Position numbers and translations under genes: made by a program. Shown piece after piece: positions 7,831-15,839 of a stretch of DNA of 44,171 bases (position 1 is the stretch's first letter; every line of letters starts with the position of its first letter). The DNA is from a virus (lineage: Duplodnaviria > Caudoviricetes), in the IMG/VR virus record IMGVR_UViG_3300027819_000002, positions 1-44,171 of that record; one strand, written 5' to 3'. The notes beneath the pieces were generated by a model that was not told where the DNA came from, did no database searches, and saw nothing but the letters and a program-made list of their open reading frames with translations.

Positions 7831-8281
7831 TGTTTGGTGTGATAAAACTGAAAAGGTAATTTACATATTGCGCGCGTTCAGGGATTTGGAATAAATCACT
7901 CTCGGTGTAATGGAAAAGTCTCTCTCCCGGCGCAAAAATGGCCCTTTGAGTAAACTTCCCCACATCGTCAAACACACCCAAATAACCCCGCGCTATTGTT
8001 GCGAAATTATCACCTGACATCGCTTCCGGTGAGAAGTAAATCTTGGCTTGTGTAAAAACATCTCTGAGCGTATCCAGGCCGGTATTCTTGACATCTCCCC
8101 ACCAAATCACATAATGACCACGCGCATCGGTATAGAGACGAGCGTAGATATTATACTCAAGCGGAAGAGCCGACCTATCAACAAATACTATTTGTGTCGG
8201 GCCGGGAACATTTACCACCCTCTCTTCGCAGGCGAAGAAAAGAAGAACAAGGCTAAGACCCAACAGACGCATCGGGTGCAT
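7781..8281 (-). CDS. Lipoprotein with beta-rich (Ig-like) domain
   Basis: MRLLGLSLVLLFFA-C lipobox; WWGDVKNTG...PGE pattern. Confidence 0.7.
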   Translation of the reverse strand: MHPMRLLGLSLVLLFFACEERVVNVPGPTQIVFVDRSALPLEYNIYARLYTDARGHYVIWWGDVKNTGLDTLRDVFTQAKIYFSPEAMSGDNFATIARGYLGVFDDVGKFTQRAIFAPGERLFHYTESDLFQIPERAQYVNYLFSFITPNNAPSSGAFLNGFIFRN

Positions 8282-8597
8282 CTATTCCACCCTTCTTTGC
8301 AAACTTTTCCACCGCATCCTTAAACATTGAATCCGCCATGTATGCTAATGGAATGGTCATTGCCGAAAGTTCCCCCTTCATCAGCCCAAAGGCAGAGAAG
8401 ATGTCGGTAAAAGCCCACATTGCACACACCCCGTTATAGATAACGAAGGTAGCCAACACCGAAAGGCTGTTAGCTTTCACGTATCCAGTCAAAGCATCAA
8501 GCGTCCTGCCAATCTTGAGTGAGTTCTTGATAACGTGGTAGAGAAGCCCGATGTAACCGAGACAGTAAAAGAGTATCCAGCTTGTTTGATGTTCCAT
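8253..8597 (-). CDS. Putative holin (2-3 TM helices)
   Basis: 114 aa, multiple hydrophobic helices, charged C-terminus, downstream of tail genes. Confidence 0.55.
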   Translation of the reverse strand: MEHQTSWILFYCLGYIGLLYHVIKNSLKIGRTLDALTGYVKANSLSVLATFVIYNGVCAMWAFTDIFSAFGLMKGELSAMTIPLAYMADSMFKDAVEKFAKKGGIDAPDASVGS

Positions 8598-8881
8598 TAT
8601 TTTTTTACCTCTTTCAAGATTTCGCTTTGTGTCTTACGTATTTCCTTAACCTCAACCCTTATTTCCTCTACCTTTGACCTTAGATCGTCCACCTTCTGTT
8701 CGACGCGGGCCTGTTCCATTTGTGACTTGTCAAATTCCTGAATCTTCTTCTCGCCGGTTTCAACATGAGATTCCACCCTACCTACCCACGAAGCTCCCTC
8801 AAGAACTGCAACGGCCAATGGAATGAGAATAGCAATTATTTTGAGAACGGGTTTTATGCTGATATAGGTTAATGGTATCAT
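8597..8881 (-). CDS. Membrane-anchored coiled-coil protein (lysis-associated, hemolysin XhlA-like)
   Basis: N-terminal TM helix followed by a heptad-rich charged tail. Confidence 0.6.
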   Translation of the reverse strand: MIPLTYISIKPVLKIIAILIPLAVAVLEGASWVGRVESHVETGEKKIQEFDKSQMEQARVEQKVDDLRSKVEEIRVEVKEIRKTQSEILKEVKK

Positions 8882-8991
8882 TCAAATCTCAATACTGGAA
8901 TTTTCACTGTATCCCGTTTGCCGGTCTCAAGATCAATCCTGATTAAAATAGCTGTGAACCTTGCATCGTTCTCTTTTGCCTTCTCGTTCAT
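8878..8991 (-). pseudogene. Orphaned duplicate of the 3' end of gene 9470-9751
   Basis: MNEKAKENDARFTAILIRIDLETGKRDTVKIPVLRFE aligns with MNLMAQEKDAKYTAILLRIDLEKSLVDTVEIPDIIFK. Confidence 0.75.
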
Positions 8992-9473
8992 CTGGTCTCT
9001 TTCCACGAAAGGCCGTCAGAAATTCTCCTAATGGTTGCCGAGTGAACGTGAAAGATTCTTCCCAAAAAGGTGCTGGGAATACGATATTCTCGACGATGCC
9101 TTATAATCCTTACCTGCATTGCGTTAAGTTTAGCCCTGTGGTGATTCTCGCCAAACCGAAGAGTTCCATCGCGAACCTTATCGGCCCCCAAATTTTTTGA
9201 TTTAGTCCCCCACGAAAGATTTCCGATTGAATTATCTTGAGACCCATTTTTTCCATGACAAGCCCACATTCCCTTCGGGCGTGGGCCGATAAAAGTCTCA
9301 AGGATAACCTGATGCACCAATCGAATCTGCTTTTTCTTGTCTTTAGATAAAGAGGCCATTTTGTACAACCCCCACCGCGGTTGTTTTATTTTCTTTAACC
9401 TCCCCTTCATTGTTGAATAGATGTCTCCATTCTCGCTTGCAAAATAACCCGGATAATTTGGTATTGGTTTCAC
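8988..9473 (-). CDS. Free-standing HNH homing endonuclease (NUMOD4-like N-terminus, C-terminal HTH)
   Basis: IPNYPGYFASENGDIYS, VHQVILETFIGPRP, CHGKNG..DNSIGNL, AKLN. Confidence 0.9.
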   Translation of the reverse strand: MKPIPNYPGYFASENGDIYSTMKGRLKKIKQPRWGLYKMASLSKDKKKQIRLVHQVILETFIGPRPKGMWACHGKNGSQDNSIGNLSWGTKSKNLGADKVRDGTLRFGENHHRAKLNAMQVRIIRHRREYRIPSTFLGRIFHVHSATIRRISDGLSWKETR

Positions 9474-9751
9474 GGTTTTTCTCCTTGAGTTTTGAATATA
9501 ATATCAGGAATTTCAACCGTATCCACAAGGCTTTTTTCTAAATCAATTCGTAAGAGTATCGCTGTATATTTAGCATCTTTTTCCTGAGCCATTAAATTCA
9601 TAGAAAAAAGGTTGATCGCGCACTCAATCGGTGAATCCACGATAAACACTTTCTCCGAGCGCGGCAAAAACACCCTCTCTTCTGTATCCCAATCTTGAGT
9701 AGGAACTTGCACCCAGAGAACCGTTATGGCAACGAATATGACTTTTATCAT
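9470..9751 (-). CDS. Hypothetical exported/membrane protein (HNH target gene)
   Basis: Hydrophobic N-terminus; 3' end duplicated beyond the HNH gene. Confidence 0.65.
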   Translation of the reverse strand: MIKVIFVAITVLWVQVPTQDWDTEERVFLPRSEKVFIVDSPIECAINLFSMNLMAQEKDAKYTAILLRIDLEKSLVDTVEIPDIIFKTQGEKP

Positions 9752-9770
9752 GTGTTACACCCGTAATACA

Positions 9771-10175
9771 TTATAGACTTATTTTCGCCCCAAGTTGAAG
9801 GTTGTTTTTTAGTGCATACCCACGTATAAGCAATGTGAAAACCTGAAAAATATCTCTATACGGGCTTTCCATTTTCTGTGCGACTATTGGATGAGCAACA
9901 GATGAACCAATCCCATATAACGCAAGTTCAAGGTCTGACGGCCTCTTTCCAAACAAGAGATTCAAGATTGGATTTGCTTCTTCTCCACCCATTCTTATTC
10001 CTTGTCTTGTTGAAAGAATGTCTGCAAATGTACTCCCAATGTATGCAGCTTCAAGTGCTGTGTTGTAGGGCTTCCAAGTATCTGTCGGCAACCTCTGGGG
10101 TTCAGCCTGACGTACAACACTTGGTCGTCTCTGCTTGAACGCAAGAACGGCTTCTTGTAGTGGGTCGTCAAACAT
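9771..10175 (-). CDS. Hypothetical membrane-associated protein
   Basis: AD..ST..G...GGEEANPI motif followed by hydrophobic helices. Confidence 0.65.
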   Translation of the reverse strand: MFDDPLQEAVLAFKQRRPSVVRQAEPQRLPTDTWKPYNTALEAAYIGSTFADILSTRQGIRMGGEEANPILNLLFGKRPSDLELALYGIGSSVAHPIVAQKMESPYRDIFQVFTLLIRGYALKNNLQLGAKISL

Positions 10176-11983
10176 TATTTTGTTAGCTGTTTAAGAACCC
10201 AAAATGCTCTTACGGGGCCAGAGGAAGCGGGTGATCCAAACGCTTGCCATGTTATAGTTGAAGAGGCCGAATAAAACGCGCCAACAACATTACCATCTAT
10301 CCCCATTGCACCATTTATTACTGGAGTGGCAATCGTTCTGGTATTACTTCTACCGTTGTCATAGGTTATCCCAGCCGTGTAAGGCCCAGCCCCACCAGTG
10401 AGTGTAAAGGTGTAAACGCTAATTTGGTACATCTTCCCAGCTGTTACATTGGCAAATGTCCCCGACGCACCTGCCCCATTTGAAATGTTAACACTATCAA
10501 CATAGGCCGTATCAACCACCAACGGCACGCCCAACTGGTCTCCCGTAAAACTTCCAACCTTCGTTATTTCCCCGCTCGTATTGACTTGAAATTTAGCCAT
10601 TACTGAAAGCGCATTATTCACCGTTGTTGTTCCCGTTCCAGCACCAATCCCCACCGTTGTTGCTGCACCAAAGGCATTCACCGTTGTAGCTGTTGCATTC
10701 AAAAGGTTAAAGGTGGTTACTGTTGTGGTGAGGTCGCCGCCATTTATTGCAACATCTGCTGTGGCTGTTACATCACCCGTTACACCGAGAGTGCCAGTGA
10801 ATGTAGCCGCCTTCGTTGCTTCGACGAGCTTGAAGATAGAAGTTGTGCCATCAGAGCGTACAAAATCTAAATCTCCAACCCCCGTTGAGTAATTAAGAAT
10901 AAACAAAGTCCCAGAAAGAGCTGTTGTGCCAATCTGAAACTGTGTTCCAGTGGCCGCCGCAGTTTTCACAACGATTGCATTGTTGCCAGAAAATGTATTG
11001 GTGAACGTATTACTCAGTGTCGTCGCACCCGTTACGCCGAGAGTGCCGGTAAAAGTTCCAGCACCAGCATAAAAAGCACCCACACCGGTTCCAGCCGCCG
11101 AACCGAGAGTCAATGCGCCAGTCTGTTGCATTATCAAAGTCGGCGTGGTGAAGGTTGCTCCTGCAACAGCAGTAGAAGGTGTCAAAGTCAACGCATTTCC
11201 AACAAGGGTTGAGGCTCCTAATGACCAACCATATTCACCTGTGTTTGGGCGAAGACGTAACTGTGCATCGTTTGCACCTGTCGCATCACCGATGGTGGTG
11301 ATATTTGAACCAGTCCCTTTTCCTAATTGGTTTAGAATGCCGGTAACCGTGGTGTTCCCCGTAATCGCCACCGTCCCCGTGAAATTTGCCGCAGAGGATA
11401 TTGTCTGCCCGTTGATGAGGCCGGAGGTGATTGTGTTTGTTCCTAAATCTAAAGCACCCGCATTTGTCTTTCCCATGAAATACAATCGGGTTGAATCCCA
11501 AGCTGAACCCGCCGCAGGAAGGAAAGAAACCGCATTGACAGACCTTGATAATGGAGAATTGAAGGTGAGCGGAGATTCTTTTGAATTGAATAGATACCAG
11601 TCGGCAGCTTTCAGGAAGCCACTTACAGAGGTCGTGGCGTATTTGGAAGTGTCAACGGTTAAGAACTTTGTCTTGCCGGAAGTGGCAACAGTCAGAAAAG
11701 TGTTATTGGAGAGAACATTGGAAACCGCATTTGTTCTTGCTGTGTCAATGGCTGTGAAACCCGCCGCAATAGAGCCAGAAGAAAGTCCACCAACGGTTAC
11801 AATGGAAGATTGACCCGTGTATGTGCCGAAGGTTACAACACCCGTTACCGTCAAAGAATCAGCTACCGTAACCACACTTGAGGGCGTGAACGATGCGAGA
11901 GAATCAACGTTGATCTTGCGCTTTGCGAGTGGTTGCGCCCACAAAAAAGTAGTGGACAGAATTACGGACAGAAGTATTTTCAT
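10175..11983 (-). CDS. Tail-fibre/adhesin-like protein with N-terminal Sec signal peptide
   Basis: Thr/Gly/Ala-rich beta repeats (TFTGTLGVTG twice); MKILLSVILSTTFLWA|Q; at the end of the tail operon. Confidence 0.7.
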   Translation of the reverse strand: MKILLSVILSTTFLWAQPLAKRKINVDSLASFTPSSVVTVADSLTVTGVVTFGTYTGQSSIVTVGGLSSGSIAAGFTAIDTARTNAVSNVLSNNTFLTVATSGKTKFLTVDTSKYATTSVSGFLKAADWYLFNSKESPLTFNSPLSRSVNAVSFLPAAGSAWDSTRLYFMGKTNAGALDLGTNTITSGLINGQTISSAANFTGTVAITGNTTVTGILNQLGKGTGSNITTIGDATGANDAQLRLRPNTGEYGWSLGASTLVGNALTLTPSTAVAGATFTTPTLIMQQTGALTLGSAAGTGVGAFYAGAGTFTGTLGVTGATTLSNTFTNTFSGNNAIVVKTAAATGTQFQIGTTALSGTLFILNYSTGVGDLDFVRSDGTTSIFKLVEATKAATFTGTLGVTGDVTATADVAINGGDLTTTVTTFNLLNATATTVNAFGAATTVGIGAGTGTTTVNNALSVMAKFQVNTSGEITKVGSFTGDQLGVPLVVDTAYVDSVNISNGAGASGTFANVTAGKMYQISVYTFTLTGGAGPYTAGITYDNGRSNTRTIATPVINGAMGIDGNVVGAFYSASSTITWQAFGSPASSGPVRAFWVLKQLTK

Positions 11984-11990
11984 GGTTTCC

Positions 11991-12392
11991 CTATGTTTTC
12001 AAAAAGGCACTATACCACAAAACGCCCGCCATTTCACAAGTGTAAATGAAATTAAGGGCGGTTTGAGAAGAGGGTTGTGGCATTGGCTGAAACGAACCAT
12101 CGGATGCAATAAGCATTGCTTGAATAATATATTGATCTGACGAAAACCCACCCGAAGGCAGAGTGATCGTATTTGCGCCCACAACCACCGTAGCGGTTTG
12201 AGCTAAATAGGCCACCGTTGCAGTCCCGCTTGAACCGCTTCCCGAACTACCGGATATTACCGCATTAGTTGCGCTCTGGGGCGTGCCAAGCCTGTTGTAA
12301 ATATCGGTTGCAAGTGTATGGAGCATCCGCAAGAACTCAGGGGATTCCTTGAGTCTATTTATTTCACGTTCAAAGTTTATCGGGGGTTGCAT
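11991..12392 (-). CDS. Putative minor tail protein
   Basis: N-terminal helix, Ser/Gly linker, beta-rich C-terminus. Confidence 0.55.
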   Translation of the reverse strand: MQPPINFEREINRLKESPEFLRMLHTLATDIYNRLGTPQSATNAVISGSSGSGSSGTATVAYLAQTATVVVGANTITLPSGGFSSDQYIIQAMLIASDGSFQPMPQPSSQTALNFIYTCEMAGVLWYSAFLKT

Positions 12393-13765
12393 TAGGGTTT
12401 CAATTTAGACTTTGCAAATCTGTTCAAAGCTCGATATGCCAACTTATCGGGTGTTGCGAATTTACCAAGCGTATGTTCTCCAATGTCTCTAAGAACTCCA
12501 GCTTTGGACGGATAGAGGGTTGAACTTCTTTCCGTGAAAAGCGGGGGGAGTGGAGACTCCGCCCTTGCTATGTTTTTCCACGCAACGACTTCTTGCCTAA
12601 TGGCCGCTCCGTAATCATCGTGCAGTTTTTTGAATCTCCCTACGTTTTCTCCGCGTGCTTGCAAGGTTTTAGCTATTTCATCCCTGATTGCCCTTGCCGC
12701 TCGTTCCATTTCAGCTATTGGTTTGGCGGCATTTGTCGCGGCAGCTTGACTTTCGGAGCTTTGCTTATAGAGCTTTTGTAGGTCGGCGTTTAAGTGTCTC
12801 ATCATTTCAGACGCTTCCCCAACACTGATTTCCTTCAATGCCCTGAATTTCTTTGCCTCCGCGATAATGGACTGGTCTTTCGCAAGATCAATGTTCTTGG
12901 TGTAGGTGTTTTGCAACGACTCTATGTTTTGGGCTATCGGCTCTACCCCGTTTCTTAGGGGAATGGGGTCGTTTCTTTCGATGAACTTAGATTGCTCATC
13001 CCAAATCTTCTGTTTAATTTTTGGGTATCTTTCTTCTGCGAGTTGTCGCGCAATAGACGGCTTTTCCCCGCCCTTCGGCATATTCCCCGGTTTCATCGGA
13101 TTGGCTCTTTGTTCCTCTGCAAGATAGGGGCGCATTTTTTGCATATCGTAAGGGCGATTTAATTCCGCCGATGCAATGGGGAAGGCTTGATTGTATCTTA
13201 CCGTTCCCTTGGCGACATTCTTTGCGGAGATTGCGGTCTCTCTAAGTTTTCCAATCCCCATCGCGGGAACGGCGAAACTCCCAAATGTTTCAGCGAGAGC
13301 CGGGACTTCCCTGCGTATCTGGTTTGCTTTTTCTGGCGTAGTCCCTAAATTAGGAAAAGCCAAGCCAGCGTAACCCAATCCAGATTGAGCAATGGCCTTT
13401 GTGGCCATACCCGCCCCCCTTGGGATTAAGCCAAGCAAGTCAAGCAAAAGTGCCGGGTCGCCTCCTCTTGGTTGGGGCGGGATGCTTCTTATCGCTTCGT
13501 CAACGTAGCCGAATGGTTTTCCTAATTCTTCAAGGCTTTCGCGTCCAGCACGCGCCATCCCCGCGACAGGATTTCTCTGTATCATTTGTCCGGCTTCCGC
13601 AAGAGCGGGGAAGGTCTGACCAACGCCCTCGGCCATCTGTTCCACAAATCCGCTTGGAGGTTTTCCCTGCGTGGTTGACGAGTCGGTTAAACCACCCTGT
13701 AATTCTTGGATTCGTTGAATTTTGAGAATCCGGTCTATCTTTTTTTGTCTCTCGTCCTGAATCAT
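12392..13765 (-). CDS. Putative internal virion/ejection (DNA transfer) protein
   Basis: Ala/Gly-rich and helical; podovirus ejectosome position. Confidence 0.6.
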   Translation of the reverse strand: MIQDERQKKIDRILKIQRIQELQGGLTDSSTTQGKPPSGFVEQMAEGVGQTFPALAEAGQMIQRNPVAGMARAGRESLEELGKPFGYVDEAIRSIPPQPRGGDPALLLDLLGLIPRGAGMATKAIAQSGLGYAGLAFPNLGTTPEKANQIRREVPALAETFGSFAVPAMGIGKLRETAISAKNVAKGTVRYNQAFPIASAELNRPYDMQKMRPYLAEEQRANPMKPGNMPKGGEKPSIARQLAEERYPKIKQKIWDEQSKFIERNDPIPLRNGVEPIAQNIESLQNTYTKNIDLAKDQSIIAEAKKFRALKEISVGEASEMMRHLNADLQKLYKQSSESQAAATNAAKPIAEMERAARAIRDEIAKTLQARGENVGRFKKLHDDYGAAIRQEVVAWKNIARAESPLPPLFTERSSTLYPSKAGVLRDIGEHTLGKFATPDKLAYRALNRFAKSKLKP

Positions 13766-14928
13766 TTCTTTTTGCCCTCAAGGCTTTTCAGGTAAGCATC
13801 AAGTTCTTCATCGGACAGTTTATTTAGTTCGTCCACAGATTTTTTACCGGCTCCACCAAGAAATGGTTTTCCGCTTGATGGGACAATCGCGCCGGGGTAC
13901 TGTTCCTTCATGGATTGAAGTTTTCGTTTTACCCAACCGTTAAAGATGTCAACCGTTACAGCAAAGTTTTCATCTGGTTGTTGGATTCTGGGGAGGATTT
14001 CCTCGTCAAGCCACTTTTGTTCAGCCTCGTTGATTTGTTTTCCTGAAAGCCCATAGATGATTGGTCTTAACTGACCGACGTAGTTGATTAGAGCTTGTTG
14101 GTCGGCATCACTAAAAAACTTCGTCCCAATCTTCCTCACCCTACCCGCGACCGGGCCGGTACTGCCACGACTAACAACTTTATTGATATTACTAATGGAA
14201 TCCCCGATGTCTGCAAGACTCCGTATTTGCATATTGACGGTTTCCGGTGTTTCCGAGTATTGTCCACTCCCAGCTCCAACCGTCCCCTCTTTTGCATCAA
14301 CCGGGATATACTCTCCACCCGGCCCCTGCACAAACCGGAATGATGGAGTCCCAATTTGAAGTTTCTTTATTACGGCTTCATATTCTGGGATTCTTGGGTC
14401 ATTAGGATTTGCCGTCCTAATCCTCTCAAGCTCTTGCTGATGTTTTGCTAATTGAGTTGGCTGTCCCATCCCACCATACATTGATGGTCTGTCGGGGATA
14501 CGCGCTCCCGAAGGCTTGAACTCTCCCGTGAATTGATCTTCCGTTCCCGGTTGCGCGCCCGGAGAAGCCATAACGCCCTTTGGAGCGGTTTTCAGTTGTA
14601 TATCCAATCCTCTTTGCGCTGGCATATTACCCCTTGCCGCCATTTGCGCTAAAATAGGAGCGAGTTTAGACCAATCAATTCCACCACCACTTACGGGAAG
14701 TCTTTGTGCGTTTTGATCGCCTTGAATCCCTTGACCGCCCATTTCAATCATGCCTTGATTTGGGAGTCCGCCCGTATCGAACTGTCTTGGCGTGCGTGGA
14801 GCGTTTTGCATCGCGCCTTCGTATTCTTCCGTTTGACGCTTCTGTTGGAGAAGCTGAGCAATGAGAGTAATTATTCCCCCCACCCCTTGTCCGAGATTCC
14901 CGTATAGTTGTGTTCTGTCAATAGGCAT
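13762..14928 (-). CDS. Putative internal virion/ejection protein
   Basis: Gln/Gly-rich N-terminus; TGPVAG and LSGKQINEAE motifs; position. Confidence 0.6.
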   Translation of the reverse strand: MPIDRTQLYGNLGQGVGGIITLIAQLLQQKRQTEEYEGAMQNAPRTPRQFDTGGLPNQGMIEMGGQGIQGDQNAQRLPVSGGGIDWSKLAPILAQMAARGNMPAQRGLDIQLKTAPKGVMASPGAQPGTEDQFTGEFKPSGARIPDRPSMYGGMGQPTQLAKHQQELERIRTANPNDPRIPEYEAVIKKLQIGTPSFRFVQGPGGEYIPVDAKEGTVGAGSGQYSETPETVNMQIRSLADIGDSISNINKVVSRGSTGPVAGRVRKIGTKFFSDADQQALINYVGQLRPIIYGLSGKQINEAEQKWLDEEILPRIQQPDENFAVTVDIFNGWVKRKLQSMKEQYPGAIVPSSGKPFLGGAGKKSVDELNKLSDEELDAYLKSLEGKKK

Positions 14929-14932
14929 GATT

Positions 14933-15496
14933 TTATCCTAAGTAACTTGCCGCTTTTCCACCACCAGATATAAAGCCGTTCAAAAGAGCCATTTGTTTGT
15001 CTTTTTCGCTCGATGGGTCGTAAGAAGAAGATAATCCCTGTCGCCCCTGTTGGATGCTCAAAAGAGCCTTGAACAGATCGCCCTGATTATTCACTAAAGC
15101 CTGCCCACGTTGGCCCTCAAGCCCCTGTAGGGCATTGACAAAGGGATTGTAAGCCTGTGCGCCCTGTTGATTTATGAAGGCACTCGGATTGAGCAACCCC
15201 CTTGAACCAGCTTGACCACCAGCCGCGCCCATTGCTTGACCCCTTGCAGTCTCTCCTCTTTGCATGAGATTACCAGCAGAGGTATTGAAATAGCGGTTTA
15301 TCATTTCGGGGTCAAAGTAGTTTTTTGCTTGACCTTCAAGAGCGTCATATCTCCCCGCCTGACCTTCTGCAAATTGTTCCTGCGGAGATTTAGTATTGGG
15401 GCCACCGATTGCCCCAACCCCCTGCGCTCCCCGATAAGCCATCCCCGTTACGGGGTTCCATTTTAGAAGGCTTCCTACAACGGTATTTTCGCCCAT
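14933..15496 (-). CDS. Putative pilot/ejection protein
   Basis: Gly/Gln/Ala-rich with GSRGL; first gene of the ejection trio. Confidence 0.6.
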   Translation of the reverse strand: MGENTVVGSLLKWNPVTGMAYRGAQGVGAIGGPNTKSPQEQFAEGQAGRYDALEGQAKNYFDPEMINRYFNTSAGNLMQRGETARGQAMGAAGGQAGSRGLLNPSAFINQQGAQAYNPFVNALQGLEGQRGQALVNNQGDLFKALLSIQQGRQGLSSSYDPSSEKDKQMALLNGFISGGGKAASYLG

Positions 15497-15497
15497 C

Positions 15498-15839
15498 TTA
15501 AAGCTCCTTGACTAAGTGTGTCATGTTTAGGCTTGAAATCACAAACCCATATTTTTCCGCTACATCAATAACGTCTTTTCGCTGTGTTTCGCAACGGAGG
15601 TATTGATGATTAGGCGATACCGCCCCGATCATCATATCCATCAATGGACGTGAGGCGAGGGGATTTTTGGAAATGAGACAGGTAAGGGTTGGCTCCATTG
15701 CCATACTCACGAAGCCTTCAATCTTCCCGCCCACCTCTGCTACAAACCCGATTTGAATGTTGGGATACTTCAAGCCCTCCTCGTCGCAAAGGGCTTTGAT
15801 TTGCAATAAATCTTCTGGTTTGACTAAGCGATAGTTCAT
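15498..15839 (-). CDS. GNAT acetyltransferase-like virion-assembly protein
   Basis: YRLVKPEDL..I, FVAEVGGKIEGFV, AEKYGF; usual position after the podovirus nozzle gene. Confidence 0.6.
   Translation of the reverse strand: MNYRLVKPEDLLQIKALCDEEGLKYPNIQIGFVAEVGGKIEGFVSMAMEPTLTCLISKNPLASRPLMDMMIGAVSPNHQYLRCETQRKDVIDVAEKYGFVISSLNMTHLVKEL

Noticed and set aside
8988-9473. Group I intron or intein housing the HNH genes
   Set aside because: The HNH ORFs abut neighbouring coding sequence with no room for an intron core, and no intein splice motifs are seen
11145-11813. 222-aa + strand ORF (and similar ones such as 26029-26694)
   Set aside because: Antisense shadows of well-supported - strand structural genes
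10175-11983. Diversity-generating retroelement target
   Set aside because: No reverse transcriptase and no template/variable repeat pair seen
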